Virus record (IMG/VR): IMGVR_UViG_3300044842_000168 | Span: 11,135 to 75,134 of that record | DNA from: a virus | Lineage: Duplodnaviria; Caudoviricetes | Length of the DNA: 64,000 nucleotides | Direction: 5' to 3' (one strand) | Shown here: one piece after another, positions 9,411-19,992 of the stretch | Position numbering within the stretch: the first letter of the stretch is position 1 | How the letters are laid out: every line of letters starts with the position of its first letter | Notes under the pieces: model-generated | The model's input: only the letters and a program-made list of their open reading frames with translations | What the model was told of the DNA's origin: nothing | The model's database searches: none | Made by a program: the position numbers and the translations under genes

Positions 9411-11681
9411 ATGCCGGGCGAGAAGATTGGCGAGGGCTACGTCGAGGTCACTGTTGACATCGACGACAACGGCCTCAACGGAGCTACAGAGAAGGTCACC
9501 CGCAAGGTAGACGACGACCTTACCAAGGCTGCGCCCGGCATCGGTGAGGAGGTCGGTAAGGGCCTGGGCGATGGGCTGGAGAAGGGGATCGGTCCTTCGG
9601 GGGAGAAGGCTGCTCGCAACTTCAAGGAGAACTTCGAGCAGCACAAGTCGGAGTTTCTCGCCTTCGCCAAGACCTTCGGTGACGACTTCTACAAGCAGTT
9701 CAACGGGAACGGCGAGGCTGCCCTCAGCGAGCTGAACAAGCTCTTCAACAAGGAGTTCGATAGCGGCGGCCTGGACGCTTCGAACGTATGGTGGAAGGCG
9801 TTCGACAAGAGCGTCAAGAGCGCAGCCCCCAAGAGCGCTTCCGGCCTGTTCGAGTCGTTCGGCATCGCAGCAGAGAAGGCTGGCGTTGAGGGCGGCGACG
9901 TCTTCGGCAATGGCATCATCGATGGCGCCAAGAACGCATTCAAGATCTTCTCTGAGCTTCCTCCAGAGGTCCAGCTGGCGGTGGGCGGGGCGGCAGCCAC
10001 TGCTGGTTTGCTGTTCGGCTCCTTCCTGGCAGCCTCGGCCTCGGCGGCGATCCTGGGTGTGCTGGGTGGCGGTGCGCTCGCAGCGGGAATCATCGCTGAG
10101 GCCAAGAATCCCGAGGTTTCAGCTGCCTTCTCGGGCATGGCGAATACGGTACAGGCTGACTTGGAGCAGGCAGCCTCGCCGTTCATCGACAGGCTGGTGG
10201 GGTCGGCGGGCATCATCCGGGACACCTTCGACTCGGAGATGCCAGACCTGGAGAATCTCTTCAACACCCTGGCTCCGTCGATCACCCGCCTTACGGACGG
10301 CGCGTCTCAGTTCGTCCAAGAGCTGGTGCAGGGGGCGGACGAGGCCGGTCCGCAGATGGCGAATGTGCTCGGTGCCGTCGCGGACATCTTGCCGGTGATT
10401 GGCGGCGGACTCAAGGAGATGATGTCCGAGATCGCTGATGGTGGGCAGGGAGCAGCCGACGCCATCCGAGTCATCGGTACCACCCTGGCCGGCCTTCTGA
10501 TCTTCATCGGGTTCATCCTGGATGAAGGCTCCACCATGTTCGAGGGCATGATGAATGGCGCCCGTACGGCGCTGATTCCCTTGGAATACCTACTGAAGGC
10601 GCTCTCTGGAGTGCCCGGGATCGGTGGCGCCGCGAAGTCGGCGCTCAAGGATCTCAACGATACCTTCTATGGTGGGGAGACCTCCTCCAAGAGGGCTGCC
10701 AGTGGTGTGAAGGACTTCGGCGACACCACTGAGAAGGCCGCGCAGGCAGCCAAGGAAGCAGACGACGCTGTCCAGAAGCTGTTCGACGACTTCAACAATG
10801 ACGCCAAGGCATCCCTCAACGCCGATGAGTCGATGATCGCCTACAAGAACTCTCTGGTGCAGCTGAAGGCCGCTCTGGACGGTAGCGACAAGAGTCTCGA
10901 CCTCAACACTGCGGCCGGCCGCGCGCTCAAGCAGCAGTTTGACCAGACCGCCACAGCTGCCTTGGACTCGGCCGACGCAGTGCGGAAGAACGCAGAGAAC
11001 TCTGGCGCGAACGGTGTACAGGCGGCGCACGCCTACAGCGCTGCTCTCGCCGGTAACATCTCGGAGCTGGCTGCGACGGCGGAGCAGGCGGGCATGAGCC
11101 GAGCCGCGACGGCGAACCTCATCGCAACGCTGTTCGGTATCCCCAAGGATGTCGCAACCGAGTTCGCTACTCCGGGTGCAGCGGCAGCGAAGCAGGCCGC
11201 AGAGGATCTCGAATACGCCATTCAGGCGATCGAGACCAAGAAGGAAATCGACATCTACGTCAACACCCACTACTCCAAGACGACACAGAACACCCCGGGG
11301 TACTCACAGTATGGCTTCGGCAGCTACCGGTACGGCGGCATCCGGCACGCCGCGACCGGCTTGCTGGATGCGGGCGTGTACAACGACGGCCCAGTGGTCT
11401 TCGCTGAGCCGGAGACCGGTGGCGAGGCGTTCATCCCGCGCCTGACCAACGACCCGCTACGTTCCATGAACATCCTTGCCGAGGCCGCGTCCTGGTACGG
11501 TCTCAGCCTGGCCCCTAACAACACGTCTCCGGCCACTACGCCTGGCGCGAACCCTGCCTCTGCGCCGGCTCGCGGTACCGGCGGGAGCGGGAAGACCATC
11601 AACCTCTACTACAACGGGGCTCCGCCGAGCGGCACCGACAAGCAGCGGATGTTCCGCGACCTCGATCTGGCGGTGCTGTGA
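9411..11681 (+). CDS. Tape measure protein
   Basis: 756 aa Ala/Gly-rich helical protein; N-terminal IGEGYVEV; C-terminal FAEPETGGEAFIP; follows the chaperones. Confidence 0.9.
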   Translation: MPGEKIGEGYVEVTVDIDDNGLNGATEKVTRKVDDDLTKAAPGIGEEVGKGLGDGLEKGIGPSGEKAARNFKENFEQHKSEFLAFAKTFGDDFYKQFNGNGEAALSELNKLFNKEFDSGGLDASNVWWKAFDKSVKSAAPKSASGLFESFGIAAEKAGVEGGDVFGNGIIDGAKNAFKIFSELPPEVQLAVGGAAATAGLLFGSFLAASASAAILGVLGGGALAAGIIAEAKNPEVSAAFSGMANTVQADLEQAASPFIDRLVGSAGIIRDTFDSEMPDLENLFNTLAPSITRLTDGASQFVQELVQGADEAGPQMANVLGAVADILPVIGGGLKEMMSEIADGGQGAADAIRVIGTTLAGLLIFIGFILDEGSTMFEGMMNGARTALIPLEYLLKALSGVPGIGGAAKSALKDLNDTFYGGETSSKRAASGVKDFGDTTEKAAQAAKEADDAVQKLFDDFNNDAKASLNADESMIAYKNSLVQLKAALDGSDKSLDLNTAAGRALKQQFDQTATAALDSADAVRKNAENSGANGVQAAHAYSAALAGNISELAATAEQAGMSRAATANLIATLFGIPKDVATEFATPGAAAAKQAAEDLEYAIQAIETKKEIDIYVNTHYSKTTQNTPGYSQYGFGSYRYGGIRHAATGLLDAGVYNDGPVVFAEPETGGEAFIPRLTNDPLRSMNILAEAASWYGLSLAPNNTSPATTPGANPASAPARGTGGSGKTINLYYNGAPPSGTDKQRMFRDLDLAVL

Positions 11682-12547
11682 TGACGGCGGCGGTTGGGTA
11701 CTGGAGCGGGTCTCTCACCTACGGCACCAAGTCGATCCCCTTCGGCAACGTAGACGCCAACGGTACCATGTGGCTGCTGCACGGTGTCGATGGCTGGGAT
11801 GGTGCAGCGATCGGCTCGGGTCAGGTGACGCAGAACTCTGGCGACCACGGCGGTGTGCCCTCGCCACAGTTCTATGGCCCGCGCCTGATCACCCTTCGCG
11901 TGACCGCGATGGCCCCGACGCAGGCCCTCCGGGACGTCGCGCGCTCGGACATGGCACGGGCCTGCCCGATCGGCTCGGGCGGGGCGAACGACCTCGCGAC
12001 GTTCGTGTACAACGAGCCGATCCCCAAGACCACCAAGCTGCGCCGGGATGATCGGATCCAGGAGCTGTCGCTGGATCTCAACTCGGTGAGCTTCTCCGTC
12101 CCGCTCATCGCGCCGGACCCGCGCAAGTACTCGGTACAGACCTACACCACGCCGATCTCCCCACCGACTCCGCCAACCGGTCTGGCACCGCCCTTCACGC
12201 CGCCACTGCTCATCCCGGCGGCGGCGCCGAGCAACGAGGGAACGTTCACCAATCACGGCGACTTCGAAACCCCTTGGTATGCAACGGTTTACGGCCCCTG
12301 GACATCCCCCTCGTTTCATTCGGTGGAGCAGAACAGGACCGTGACCTACACGGGCTTGACGCTGGGGGCCGGCGACATCCTTCAGGTGGACTCCTTGAAC
12401 TTCATGGGATTCCTCAACGGATCGGTGTTCTACTCAGCCGACGCTGGAAGCGACTGGTTCCGGCTACAGCCGGACACCAACCGAATCCGAATCGGCGGTT
12501 CAGGTTCGGGCTCCGCGACCATCACCTACTCCGACGCATGGCAGTGA
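11678..12547 (+). CDS. Distal tail (Dit)-like minor tail protein
   Basis: GWDG...GPRLITLR...LIAPDPRKYS; first gene after tape measure. Confidence 0.75.
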   Translation: MMTAAVGYWSGSLTYGTKSIPFGNVDANGTMWLLHGVDGWDGAAIGSGQVTQNSGDHGGVPSPQFYGPRLITLRVTAMAPTQALRDVARSDMARACPIGSGGANDLATFVYNEPIPKTTKLRRDDRIQELSLDLNSVSFSVPLIAPDPRKYSVQTYTTPISPPTPPTGLAPPFTPPLLIPAAAPSNEGTFTNHGDFETPWYATVYGPWTSPSFHSVEQNRTVTYTGLTLGAGDILQVDSLNFMGFLNGSVFYSADAGSDWFRLQPDTNRIRIGGSGSGSATITYSDAWQ

Positions 12548-12556
12548 GGCGACGAC

Positions 12557-13645
12557 ATGGCAACTTCTGTAGCAACCTCCGCCGTCTACGCCATCGACCA
12601 GATTGCGTTGGATGGCAAGGATCTCCGGCTGGCGGCCGGCGTCACCGCGTCCGGCTTCAACCAGGCCGGCGGTCTGTCGGTGTGGAGCGGGATCAGGCCT
12701 TCGGGCGGAACGCCGGGCCTGTGCGTGTGGACCTCGGGGCTGAGCTTCACGGTCAAGGCGTTCCAGTTCGCGGTACAGGGCACAGACGCGAGCGACCAAG
12801 GTGTGTACCTCGGCGCGCTCAACGCTGACACCGTACTCACCACGGTTGCGGCCGACAGCGTCAACCCACGCTGGGATCTGGTGGGCGTAAAGATCGTGGA
12901 CAACGGAGACGGCACCTCGACCTCCAACGTGGTGATCGTGACCGGTGCGCCGTCGTCCACGCCGGCCGATCCCAACCCCGGCAGCAACTTCCTGCCGATC
13001 GCCCGGCTGGTCGTGCCGGCGACGGCAACAGACCTCGCGGGCGGCGGTGGCACGCACGGCTCGATCCAAGACCTGCGGCGCTTCTTCACGGCAGCCGGCG
13101 GCATCGTCCCGGTGTCCAACTCAGCGGCCTACCCGACTGCCGGGCCGGCCGGCACGTTCTTCTATGACCTGTCCACCGGCGCCTTCGGGGTGTGGAACGG
13201 TACGGGCAACGTCTTCGCGCGCTCTCAGTACCTCCGCGTCACCCGGGCAGACGGCAACACCCTCGCCTCCTCGTCGAACCACACCCCCTCGCAGATCCTG
13301 TGGAACTCCTCGGCGGACATGAACCAGGACTTCGGTGTGTACCCCTCCGGCTCGCCGCTGAACTTCTCGCTGCCCTCGGCGGGGCTGTGGCTCGGGTACC
13401 TCCGCGTCATCTATGACCCCAACACCTCTGGTATACGGCGTATCCACATCAAGCAGGGCTCGACCTTCTGGACGCACAGCCGGAACGCGGCAAACCCTGT
13501 CACCAACGCGGACTCCTCGCACTGCTCCTTCCTGTTCCCCATCCACGGCAACGCCGGTGACAGCATAGGATTCTACACCGACCACGACTCGGGAAGCACA
13601 CGAACGCTCTCGGGCCAGGTGGCAGCTCTGGTGAAGATCTTCTGA
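12557..13645 (+). CDS. Minor tail protein
   Basis: NPRWDLV..I, LPIARLVVPA, DLRRF.TAAGGIVPV motifs; C-terminal beta-sandwich. Confidence 0.7.
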   Translation: MATSVATSAVYAIDQIALDGKDLRLAAGVTASGFNQAGGLSVWSGIRPSGGTPGLCVWTSGLSFTVKAFQFAVQGTDASDQGVYLGALNADTVLTTVAADSVNPRWDLVGVKIVDNGDGTSTSNVVIVTGAPSSTPADPNPGSNFLPIARLVVPATATDLAGGGGTHGSIQDLRRFFTAAGGIVPVSNSAAYPTAGPAGTFFYDLSTGAFGVWNGTGNVFARSQYLRVTRADGNTLASSSNHTPSQILWNSSADMNQDFGVYPSGSPLNFSLPSAGLWLGYLRVIYDPNTSGIRRIHIKQGSTFWTHSRNAANPVTNADSSHCSFLFPIHGNAGDSIGFYTDHDSGSTRTLSGQVAALVKIF

Positions 13646-14748
13646 TGGACTGGGTGTACAAGGCGACCGACCTCCGGACTGGCCGTGTGATCGCGGACCG
13701 CATCCGGGGCTTCGCACCGGGCACGCTCACCCGGGCTCGCGGTGACGAGGCGGCCGGCGACGGTACGCTGAGCCTCGACGGGAACTCGGAGATGGTGAGC
13801 CGACTTGTTCCTAAGAGGACGGTGCTGTGGGCGGTCGGCGACGGCACGCCATATTGGTCCGGAGTCTTCTGGGACGACAGCCACTCCTCAGCGGCGGCCG
13901 GCGCGCTCCCCATGTCGTTCAAGACGCTGGAGAGCGTGTTCGCGTACCGCGAGATCCGCGACAACCTCACCTACGGCAACAACGACCAGTTCGACATCAT
14001 CCGGTCGCTGTTCAAGTACGCGCTCGCGAAGACGGGCGGCGAGATCGCCAACATAGTCATGGACAACAGCCTATCGACTGTGTTGCGCCAGCGGAGCTAT
14101 CTCGCCTCGGACCGGACGAAGGTGCTCGACGCAGCGAAGGATCTGGGCAACGTCATCAACGGGTTCGAGTGGACCTTCACCCCGACCTGGGTGGACTACA
14201 CCGGCGGGACGCTCGGCTGGCGGCTGCAGCTGGGATACCCGACGCTGGGAACCGCCGACGCGGCCGGTCGCATCCTGCGCTACCCGGGCAACCTCACCGA
14301 CTACGCGTGGCCTCGCACCACATCCCAGTCGGCCAACTCGACGGTGGCGGTGGGAGACGCGAACAACAACAGCACAGTAGCGATGCAATCCACTTCGGCG
14401 CACGGGTTCGAGGCTGCTGAGATCGCGGCCGGCTTCCCACTCATGGAGGAGTCGATCAGCTATGCAGGGCAAGGGATCACCGACGTCAACACCCTCAACG
14501 ACCACGCTGACGACGACGTCAACCGGCTGAGTGGCATCCTCGTCAACCCGACGTTCACGCTCTCGCTGGACAAGGCGCCAGGCCTCGCCCGGATCAACAT
14601 CGGGGACACGCTTCCCTACTGGCTGCAGTCGGCTCGGCATCCGACGCCGGCTCAGGGTACGATCCGGGTGGCCAAGATCGACATCAGGCCCACAGTCCCG
14701 GGCACGGCGATCATCTACGCGGATTCGGTGGTGGAGCATGTGTCCTAG
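13645..14748 (+). CDS. Minor tail / baseplate hub protein
   Basis: DLRTGRVIA, PYWSGVFW, RLQLGYPTLG, YPGNLTDY motifs in the tail module. Confidence 0.7.
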   Translation: MDWVYKATDLRTGRVIADRIRGFAPGTLTRARGDEAAGDGTLSLDGNSEMVSRLVPKRTVLWAVGDGTPYWSGVFWDDSHSSAAAGALPMSFKTLESVFAYREIRDNLTYGNNDQFDIIRSLFKYALAKTGGEIANIVMDNSLSTVLRQRSYLASDRTKVLDAAKDLGNVINGFEWTFTPTWVDYTGGTLGWRLQLGYPTLGTADAAGRILRYPGNLTDYAWPRTTSQSANSTVAVGDANNNSTVAMQSTSAHGFEAAEIAAGFPLMEESISYAGQGITDVNTLNDHADDDVNRLSGILVNPTFTLSLDKAPGLARINIGDTLPYWLQSARHPTPAQGTIRVAKIDIRPTVPGTAIIYADSVVEHVS

Positions 14749-16690
14749 CTACACCCAGCCGGCCGGCGACAAGGGCACCGCCAAGATCAAGGACTATGAC
14801 CGGCGTATCCGAGCGCTGGAGTTCCGACAGGGCTTGGTACTTCCGGACAACTCGGTCCCGGGCACGCCGAGCTTCAACACTCCGCTGACGGCCTTCTATC
14901 AGTCTACTTCGGACGGTACCACGAAGGCCGAGGTGACACTGAGCTGGACTACCCCGACCAACACCGACGGGTCCGAGGTCCTGGACGCGGCATACTATGA
15001 GATCCAGTACCAGCCCACAACGGTGTTCTCGGATCAGCCCACCTATGCACAGATTGCAGCGCTCGGTCTGACGTACGCCCAGCTGAACTCTGGTGGCTAC
15101 ACCTACCTGACGATGCCCGGGGCGAGCGAGCCGGACCAGGCGACAACGGACTGGCACCCTGTCGTCGTGCCCTGGAACAACGGGAACACCGTCACGATCA
15201 AGGAGCTCACCCCCGGCGTCCTGTACAACTTCCGCATTCGCTTCGCTGACACCGCGACGCCCACGAACCTGTCGGCATGGTCCTCAACGCTCACCATCAC
15301 AGCGGCGGCCGACTCCGTGGCGCCGAGCCAGCCGGCCGCGCCGGCCGTCGCCTCCTCGCTCATCGCGGTTCAGGTGACGCATACGCTCGGGAAGTTCTCT
15401 GGCGGCACCTATAACCTGGAGGCCGACCTTCACCACCTGGAGGTGCACGCCTCGTACGAGCCGGCTTTCATCCCCAGCAGCGCGACGTTGCTGGGGAAGC
15501 TGGTAGCGAACGCAGGCATGCTCACGGCGAACATCCCCGCGCTGGGTTCATTTGGCGTCTCCTCGACTGCCGGGGTGTACGTCAAGGTCATCGCCGTTGA
15601 CATCTCCGGCAACAAGTCTCCGGCATCCTCAGCGGCCTCGGCGACGGCCACGCTGATCGACAACCAGCACATCACCGACCTCTCCGCCGACAAGATCACC
15701 GCCGGCACGATCACGACACAGATCCTGCTCGCTGGATCCATCAAGACGTCCACCCTCGGGGCTCGGGCCGAGATCGATGCAGCCGGAATCCGGTTGTACG
15801 ACAACAGCAACAACAACACGGCGAACTTCAGCGCTGCGGACGGCTCGGTGGTGCTAACCGGTACGGTCCGTACCAACTGGGCACCGAACAACAATGCCGC
15901 CATCGTCATGGACCCGTTCTTCACGGCGCCCGGCGCAGGCAGCTATCCCACTCTGGTGTTCTACGATGGGATCAACTCCAAGGGGCCGGCGCGGCTGAAC
16001 GCGACGTCCTACGGAGTCAACGGGACAGGCGGAACGCAGACCGGCTTGAACTCGGGGCCGTCTGCTACCGGAGCATCCTTCAACCAGGCCACAGCCTTGC
16101 TCCGGCCAGACGGATTCATCATCAAGTACAACGACCAGTCTGGCAACAAGCGTGGCGGTTACGTCGCAGGAGACGCCTTTGGCGCGCACCTGGCTATGAC
16201 AGACAGCTCGGGCAACCAGATCAGCGGTCTGGACCTCAACTCGGACGGCTCGGTTCTGCTGCTGTCTAACTTGCTGCCCGGTAACGGTATGCAGGTGGAC
16301 AACTCCGGCAACGCCTACTTCCAAGGCACAGGCAGCGCACAGATCTACGGTGGCCCGAGCGCTGATATGTTCCTGCAGAGCGGCGCCGGCAACGGGAAGA
16401 TCTGGTTGGACAGCGGGGGAACCTATCGGCTGTACGGAAGGTTCACCAACTATGAGGCGATGACCTCGACACAGGCGCTGATGACCGGGCAGCAGTCCGG
16501 GAACTTCCAAGAGATGGACCTGACCTTCGGCGCGACGATGGCCGGCAGCATGGTCGCGTTGTGCACGATGCAGAACGGCTCTGGTGGCGTGTACGTTACG
16601 GTTACTGCCATCAGCTCAACCGGCGTCAACCTCCGGGCGAGCGTCTCCGCCAACCAGACATGGAACTTCTGGATCTTCAGGGACAGCTGA
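14738..16690 (+). CDS. Minor tail / central fibre protein with fibronectin type III domains
   Basis: VTLSWTTP...YYEIQY and ELTPGVLYNFRIRF...SAWS FN3 patterns; LSADKITAGTI; true start likely ATG 14738. Confidence 0.7.
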   Translation: MCPSYTQPAGDKGTAKIKDYDRRIRALEFRQGLVLPDNSVPGTPSFNTPLTAFYQSTSDGTTKAEVTLSWTTPTNTDGSEVLDAAYYEIQYQPTTVFSDQPTYAQIAALGLTYAQLNSGGYTYLTMPGASEPDQATTDWHPVVVPWNNGNTVTIKELTPGVLYNFRIRFADTATPTNLSAWSSTLTITAAADSVAPSQPAAPAVASSLIAVQVTHTLGKFSGGTYNLEADLHHLEVHASYEPAFIPSSATLLGKLVANAGMLTANIPALGSFGVSSTAGVYVKVIAVDISGNKSPASSAASATATLIDNQHITDLSADKITAGTITTQILLAGSIKTSTLGARAEIDAAGIRLYDNSNNNTANFSAADGSVVLTGTVRTNWAPNNNAAIVMDPFFTAPGAGSYPTLVFYDGINSKGPARLNATSYGVNGTGGTQTGLNSGPSATGASFNQATALLRPDGFIIKYNDQSGNKRGGYVAGDAFGAHLAMTDSSGNQISGLDLNSDGSVLLLSNLLPGNGMQVDNSGNAYFQGTGSAQIYGGPSADMFLQSGAGNGKIWLDSGGTYRLYGRFTNYEAMTSTQALMTGQQSGNFQEMDLTFGATMAGSMVALCTMQNGSGGVYVTVTAISSTGVNLRASVSANQTWNFWIFRDS

Positions 16691-17247
16691 TGACCATACA
16701 TATCAAGGAAGTCCAGGAGTACGAACATCACTTCGTGGTCATCCAAGACCGCGACGGTACCGAGGGACGTGTGGGGCACTTCATCCCCAAGGATGCTCTG
16801 GAGTGGAGAGCGGCAGAGTACGAGATCGACCCGGCGGACATCGACACCCTTCTGACCGTCGTTCTGTACGAGCCGCTGTTGGACGGCAACAGCCACGAGC
16901 ACCCGAAGCATCTCTACAACGCCGACTCGATCGCCGAGGCGCGGGAGTACCACCTGGGCCGGATCAAGGCTGCTGCCAAGGCGCACCCGATCTCGGACCC
17001 GGATGGACACCTGGACACGGTGCGGCGCAAGTCACACATGCATCCAGAGGCACTCGCGCTCAAGGCCGCTCATGTCGATCGGGGCCGATGGCTACGGAGG
17101 TCCAGGAAGGCCGCTGATCCACACGAGGATCGCCTGGCAACCCTCCGGGCGAACCTTTCCACCCCCGAGCCACCCGCAACGGCTCTGCGTGAGCCCGAGG
17201 CCGGCAAGCCGGCCGACACCAACGCCCTGCTGAGGAAGGACCGCTGA
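16690..17247 (+). CDS. Hypothetical tail-module protein
   Basis: TGATG coupling at both ends; high GC3. Confidence 0.6.
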   Translation: MTIHIKEVQEYEHHFVVIQDRDGTEGRVGHFIPKDALEWRAAEYEIDPADIDTLLTVVLYEPLLDGNSHEHPKHLYNADSIAEAREYHLGRIKAAAKAHPISDPDGHLDTVRRKSHMHPEALALKAAHVDRGRWLRRSRKAADPHEDRLATLRANLSTPEPPATALREPEAGKPADTNALLRKDR

Positions 17248-18227
17248 TGGCCACGACCACTCTTCGCCTCGGGCTGTCGAAGAAGGACGTCAACGACACC
17301 TTCAACGAGGTCCTGTACGACAACGGCAACGCTGACATCCTGGACGCGGCGGTGGGCTTTTCGGCGTGCACCTCGGCTACGCGACCGAGCGCGCCGTACA
17401 ACGGGCAGCCGATCCGCGAGACGGACACCGGGCGCTTCTTCGTCTCCAACGGCTCCTCGCCGGCTTCGGCGTCGTGGATCCAGCTTCTCAACACCGCCTC
17501 GGACATCACCCTCACTGGCCACAACATCACGCTGTCCGGCACCGGCTCGAACCTGACCGTGGGCGGCTCGGCCTCGGTCGCCGGCAACCTCTCACTACCC
17601 ACAACTGGCGGTAGCTCCAAGCTGCTGCTCGGTCCGGACGTGAACCTCTACTGGGGATCTTCCAACATCCTCAAGACGGACGACTCGTTGCAGGTGGTTG
17701 GGAACCTCAGCACAACCACAACCGCCTCCAACCTGAGCATCGGCGGCTCCGCCTCGATCTCGGGCAACCTGACGGTGGGCGGCCGGATCACTGGCATCTC
17801 CAACCTGTCCGGTGAGGCGACGGCTGGCCTGACGCTGTCGACTTCCTATCAGGATGTTCCCGGTGCATTCTTCAGCTTCACCACGACGAAATCCAACACC
17901 GTCGTGCAGGTCAGCGTATCAGCTGACATCTCCTGGGGCGCCGGCGATACCGCCTCGGACTACATCAGCGTCATCGTCAGCGTGGATGGAACAGACATCA
18001 CCACTGGTGGAGTTGTGGGTACGTCGCCTGGCTCCGCGTTCATCGGGGCCGGTGTGCCGGCTGGTGGACCACTCAATCCCATCACGATTGCTTCGCCGGG
18101 CAGCCACACCATCCAGCTCCGGGCCAAGCGGCAGGGCACAGGCGGTTCGGCTGCACTGAACAAGCTTGGGCAGCGCGCGGCCGGCGTCGGCGGCTGTCGT
18201 GTGGTAGGCACAGTATTCGACGTCTAG
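17247..18227 (+). CDS. Tail fibre / receptor-binding protein
   Basis: Repeated L.V.G..S..GNL fibre-shaft pattern; C-terminal beta-sandwich. Confidence 0.6.
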   Translation: MATTTLRLGLSKKDVNDTFNEVLYDNGNADILDAAVGFSACTSATRPSAPYNGQPIRETDTGRFFVSNGSSPASASWIQLLNTASDITLTGHNITLSGTGSNLTVGGSASVAGNLSLPTTGGSSKLLLGPDVNLYWGSSNILKTDDSLQVVGNLSTTTTASNLSIGGSASISGNLTVGGRITGISNLSGEATAGLTLSTSYQDVPGAFFSFTTTKSNTVVQVSVSADISWGAGDTASDYISVIVSVDGTDITTGGVVGTSPGSAFIGAGVPAGGPLNPITIASPGSHTIQLRAKRQGTGGSAALNKLGQRAAGVGGCRVVGTVFDV

Positions 18228-18237
18228 GATCGGCGCT

Positions 18238-18423
18238 ATGGCACAAGTTGAGGTCCCGGCACAGACGGTCGTGGACAAGCTCTCGGCACAGCTGGGCTCC
18301 GCGCTCGCGGACAACGCCCGGCTCCAGGCGGCTCTGGACATCGCTCTCACGCGGATCGATGTGCTGGAGTCCCACAACCATGAGCTCCAGGAGCTCACCA
18401 CCACCAAGGTACGCGAGGAGTAG
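18238..18423 (+). CDS. Small coiled-coil protein
   Basis: 61 aa with heptad pattern; common after actinophage fibre genes. Confidence 0.5.
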   Translation: MAQVEVPAQTVVDKLSAQLGSALADNARLQAALDIALTRIDVLESHNHELQELTTTKVREE

Positions 18424-18426
18424 CGC

Positions 18427-19275
18427 ATGGCGCCACACGCAGTCTGGACATCCTACCGGATCGAACAGCACCACGAGGACGGCCCGGGGTACCTCGGTCG
18501 GCACGTCGAACACGACCCGCGCTCGATCGCGTACGAACTCTCCCGGGACCTGTTCCCGAAGAAGCTGGTATCGGCGAAGCACGACCGGCTCATTCCCGTC
18601 CTGGACCAGGGCAACGTCGGCTCGTGCACCGGCAACGACGCGACCGGCCGAACGGGCACCGCGCCGAACTACGCCCCCATCCCGGCCGACAACAAGTACC
18701 GGCCGTCCGCCACCGACGCCGACGCGGACGAGAAGCTGGCCCGGGACACCATCTACCACATGGCCACCCAGCTCGACAACGTGCCGGGTACCTACCCGGG
18801 CCAGGACACCGGCTCCACCGGTCTGGCGGCCGCCAAGGCAGTCTCCAAGCTCGGGCTGATCGCCGGCTACCAGCACGCCTTCAACGCCGAGACCGCGCTG
18901 GCCGCCCTGACCACCTTTCCGCTAGGGATCGGCGCGGCGTGGCTCACGGGCATGGACAACCCCGACTCCAACGGCCTCGTGCACGTCACCGGCGACGTGC
19001 GCGGTGGCCATCAGTTCACAGCGGACGAGATCGACGTGGAGAAGAAGCTGGTGGGCTTCACCAACTCCTGGGGTCTCGGCTGGGGCGTCGGCGGCCGGTT
19101 CTTCATGAGCTTCGACGACTTCGAAGCCATGCTGGACAACGACGGCGACGTGATCTGCTACGTCCCGCTGTCGAAGCCGGCCCCGACCCCCACGCCCACC
19201 CCGACGCCCAGCGACGTCGACAAGGCGCTGCACGACATCATCGCCCTGGCACAGGGAGCCCTCGGCGCCGCTTGA
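18427..19275 (+). CDS. Papain-like cysteine peptidase (C1-like)
   Basis: DQGNVGSCT (oxyanion Q and catalytic C), GGHQF (His), FTNSWGLGWGVGGRF (Asn); PT linker at C-terminus. Confidence 0.8.
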   Translation: MAPHAVWTSYRIEQHHEDGPGYLGRHVEHDPRSIAYELSRDLFPKKLVSAKHDRLIPVLDQGNVGSCTGNDATGRTGTAPNYAPIPADNKYRPSATDADADEKLARDTIYHMATQLDNVPGTYPGQDTGSTGLAAAKAVSKLGLIAGYQHAFNAETALAALTTFPLGIGAAWLTGMDNPDSNGLVHVTGDVRGGHQFTADEIDVEKKLVGFTNSWGLGWGVGGRFFMSFDDFEAMLDNDGDVICYVPLSKPAPTPTPTPTPSDVDKALHDIIALAQGALGAA

Positions 19276-19311
19276 AGAGATCTTCGCCGGCTGTTCGGCC
19301 GGAGGTAGATA

Positions 19312-19347
19312 CCCAGCAGCCCCAGACCGAGGTCTGGGGCTGCTGGG
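19312..19347. terminator. Bidirectional terminator between converging arms
   Basis: CCCAGCAGCCCCAGACC-ga-GGTCTGGGGCTGCTGGG, 17-bp stem. Confidence 0.75.
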
Positions 19348-19364
19348 CCGTCTGGCGGTGGAGA

Positions 19365-19691
19365 CTAACTGCCCGGAGACGGCGGCCGGGGGTTCGGGAT
19401 GTTGGGCGTTGGGGCCGGCTGTGGCGGCTTCGGGTCCGTACCGGCCCGCGTCGGTCGGGGCTGGTTCGGGTTCTCCGGCCTCGGCGCCGGAACCGGCTCG
19501 CCCGGCAGCGGTGGCGCGGTGGCGTAGTGGGGGACCGGGTAGCCGGGAGTCCCGGGCTGCGGGACCGGCGTGTTCGGGTTGGGATCCGGCGGCCCGGGTG
19601 GGGTCGGCGGGATGTAGGCGGCCCAGCGCGGCCTCGGCGGCGGCGGACCGGATGGCTGCGGCGTGGGCCGCTGGATGATGGCTGTGGTCAT
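19365..19691 (-). CDS. Proline-rich small protein
   Basis: ATGA coupling to the upstream 54-aa ORF; PxP-rich. Confidence 0.45.
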   Translation of the reverse strand: MTTAIIQRPTPQPSGPPPPRPRWAAYIPPTPPGPPDPNPNTPVPQPGTPGYPVPHYATAPPLPGEPVPAPRPENPNQPRPTRAGTDPKPPQPAPTPNIPNPRPPSPGS

Positions 19692-19852
19692 CGGCGCGGT
19701 CCGCCCTCCAGGCGCAGGCCGTTCGCGGCGTTGGCGTAGCCGTTCCGGCCCTCGTTGGCCTGCTTGGCCTTGTCCAGCACCTCCTTGTTGTGCTGCTGGC
19801 GGCGGTACTCGCTCGCCGCGTCGGGCTTGTTGAACTTGTCGGCGTCCGTCAT
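19688..19852 (-). CDS. 54-aa hypothetical protein (not in ORF track)
   Basis: AGGAGG RBS; MTDADKFNKPDAASEYRRQQHNKEVLDKAKQANEGRNG...; follows the operator/promoter at 19895. Confidence 0.6.
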   Translation of the reverse strand: MTDADKFNKPDAASEYRRQQHNKEVLDKAKQANEGRNGYANAANGLRLEGGPRR

Positions 19853-19894
19853 GGTTCCTCCTGTGGTTGTTGATTACGCTCCGTAGCTTACGCG

Positions 19895-19914
19895 GCAGAC
19901 GGTAGTCCGTCTAC
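19895..19914 (-). promoter_or_regulatory. 20-bp palindromic operator over a leftward promoter
   Basis: GCAGACG-gtagtc-CGTCTAC; -10 TAAGCT 4 nt downstream on minus strand. Confidence 0.65.
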
Positions 19915-19931
19915 CCCGTCCCGGGGAACGG

Positions 19932-19962
19932 AACGGGGCCGCCTCGCCGAGGCGGCCCCGTT
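19932..19962 (-). terminator. Hairpin terminator
   Basis: AACGGGGCCGCCTC-gcc-GAGGCGGCCCCGTT. Confidence 0.65.
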
Positions 19963-19992
19963 GACGGCCCTAGGATGGCCGTAGAGCGACGA

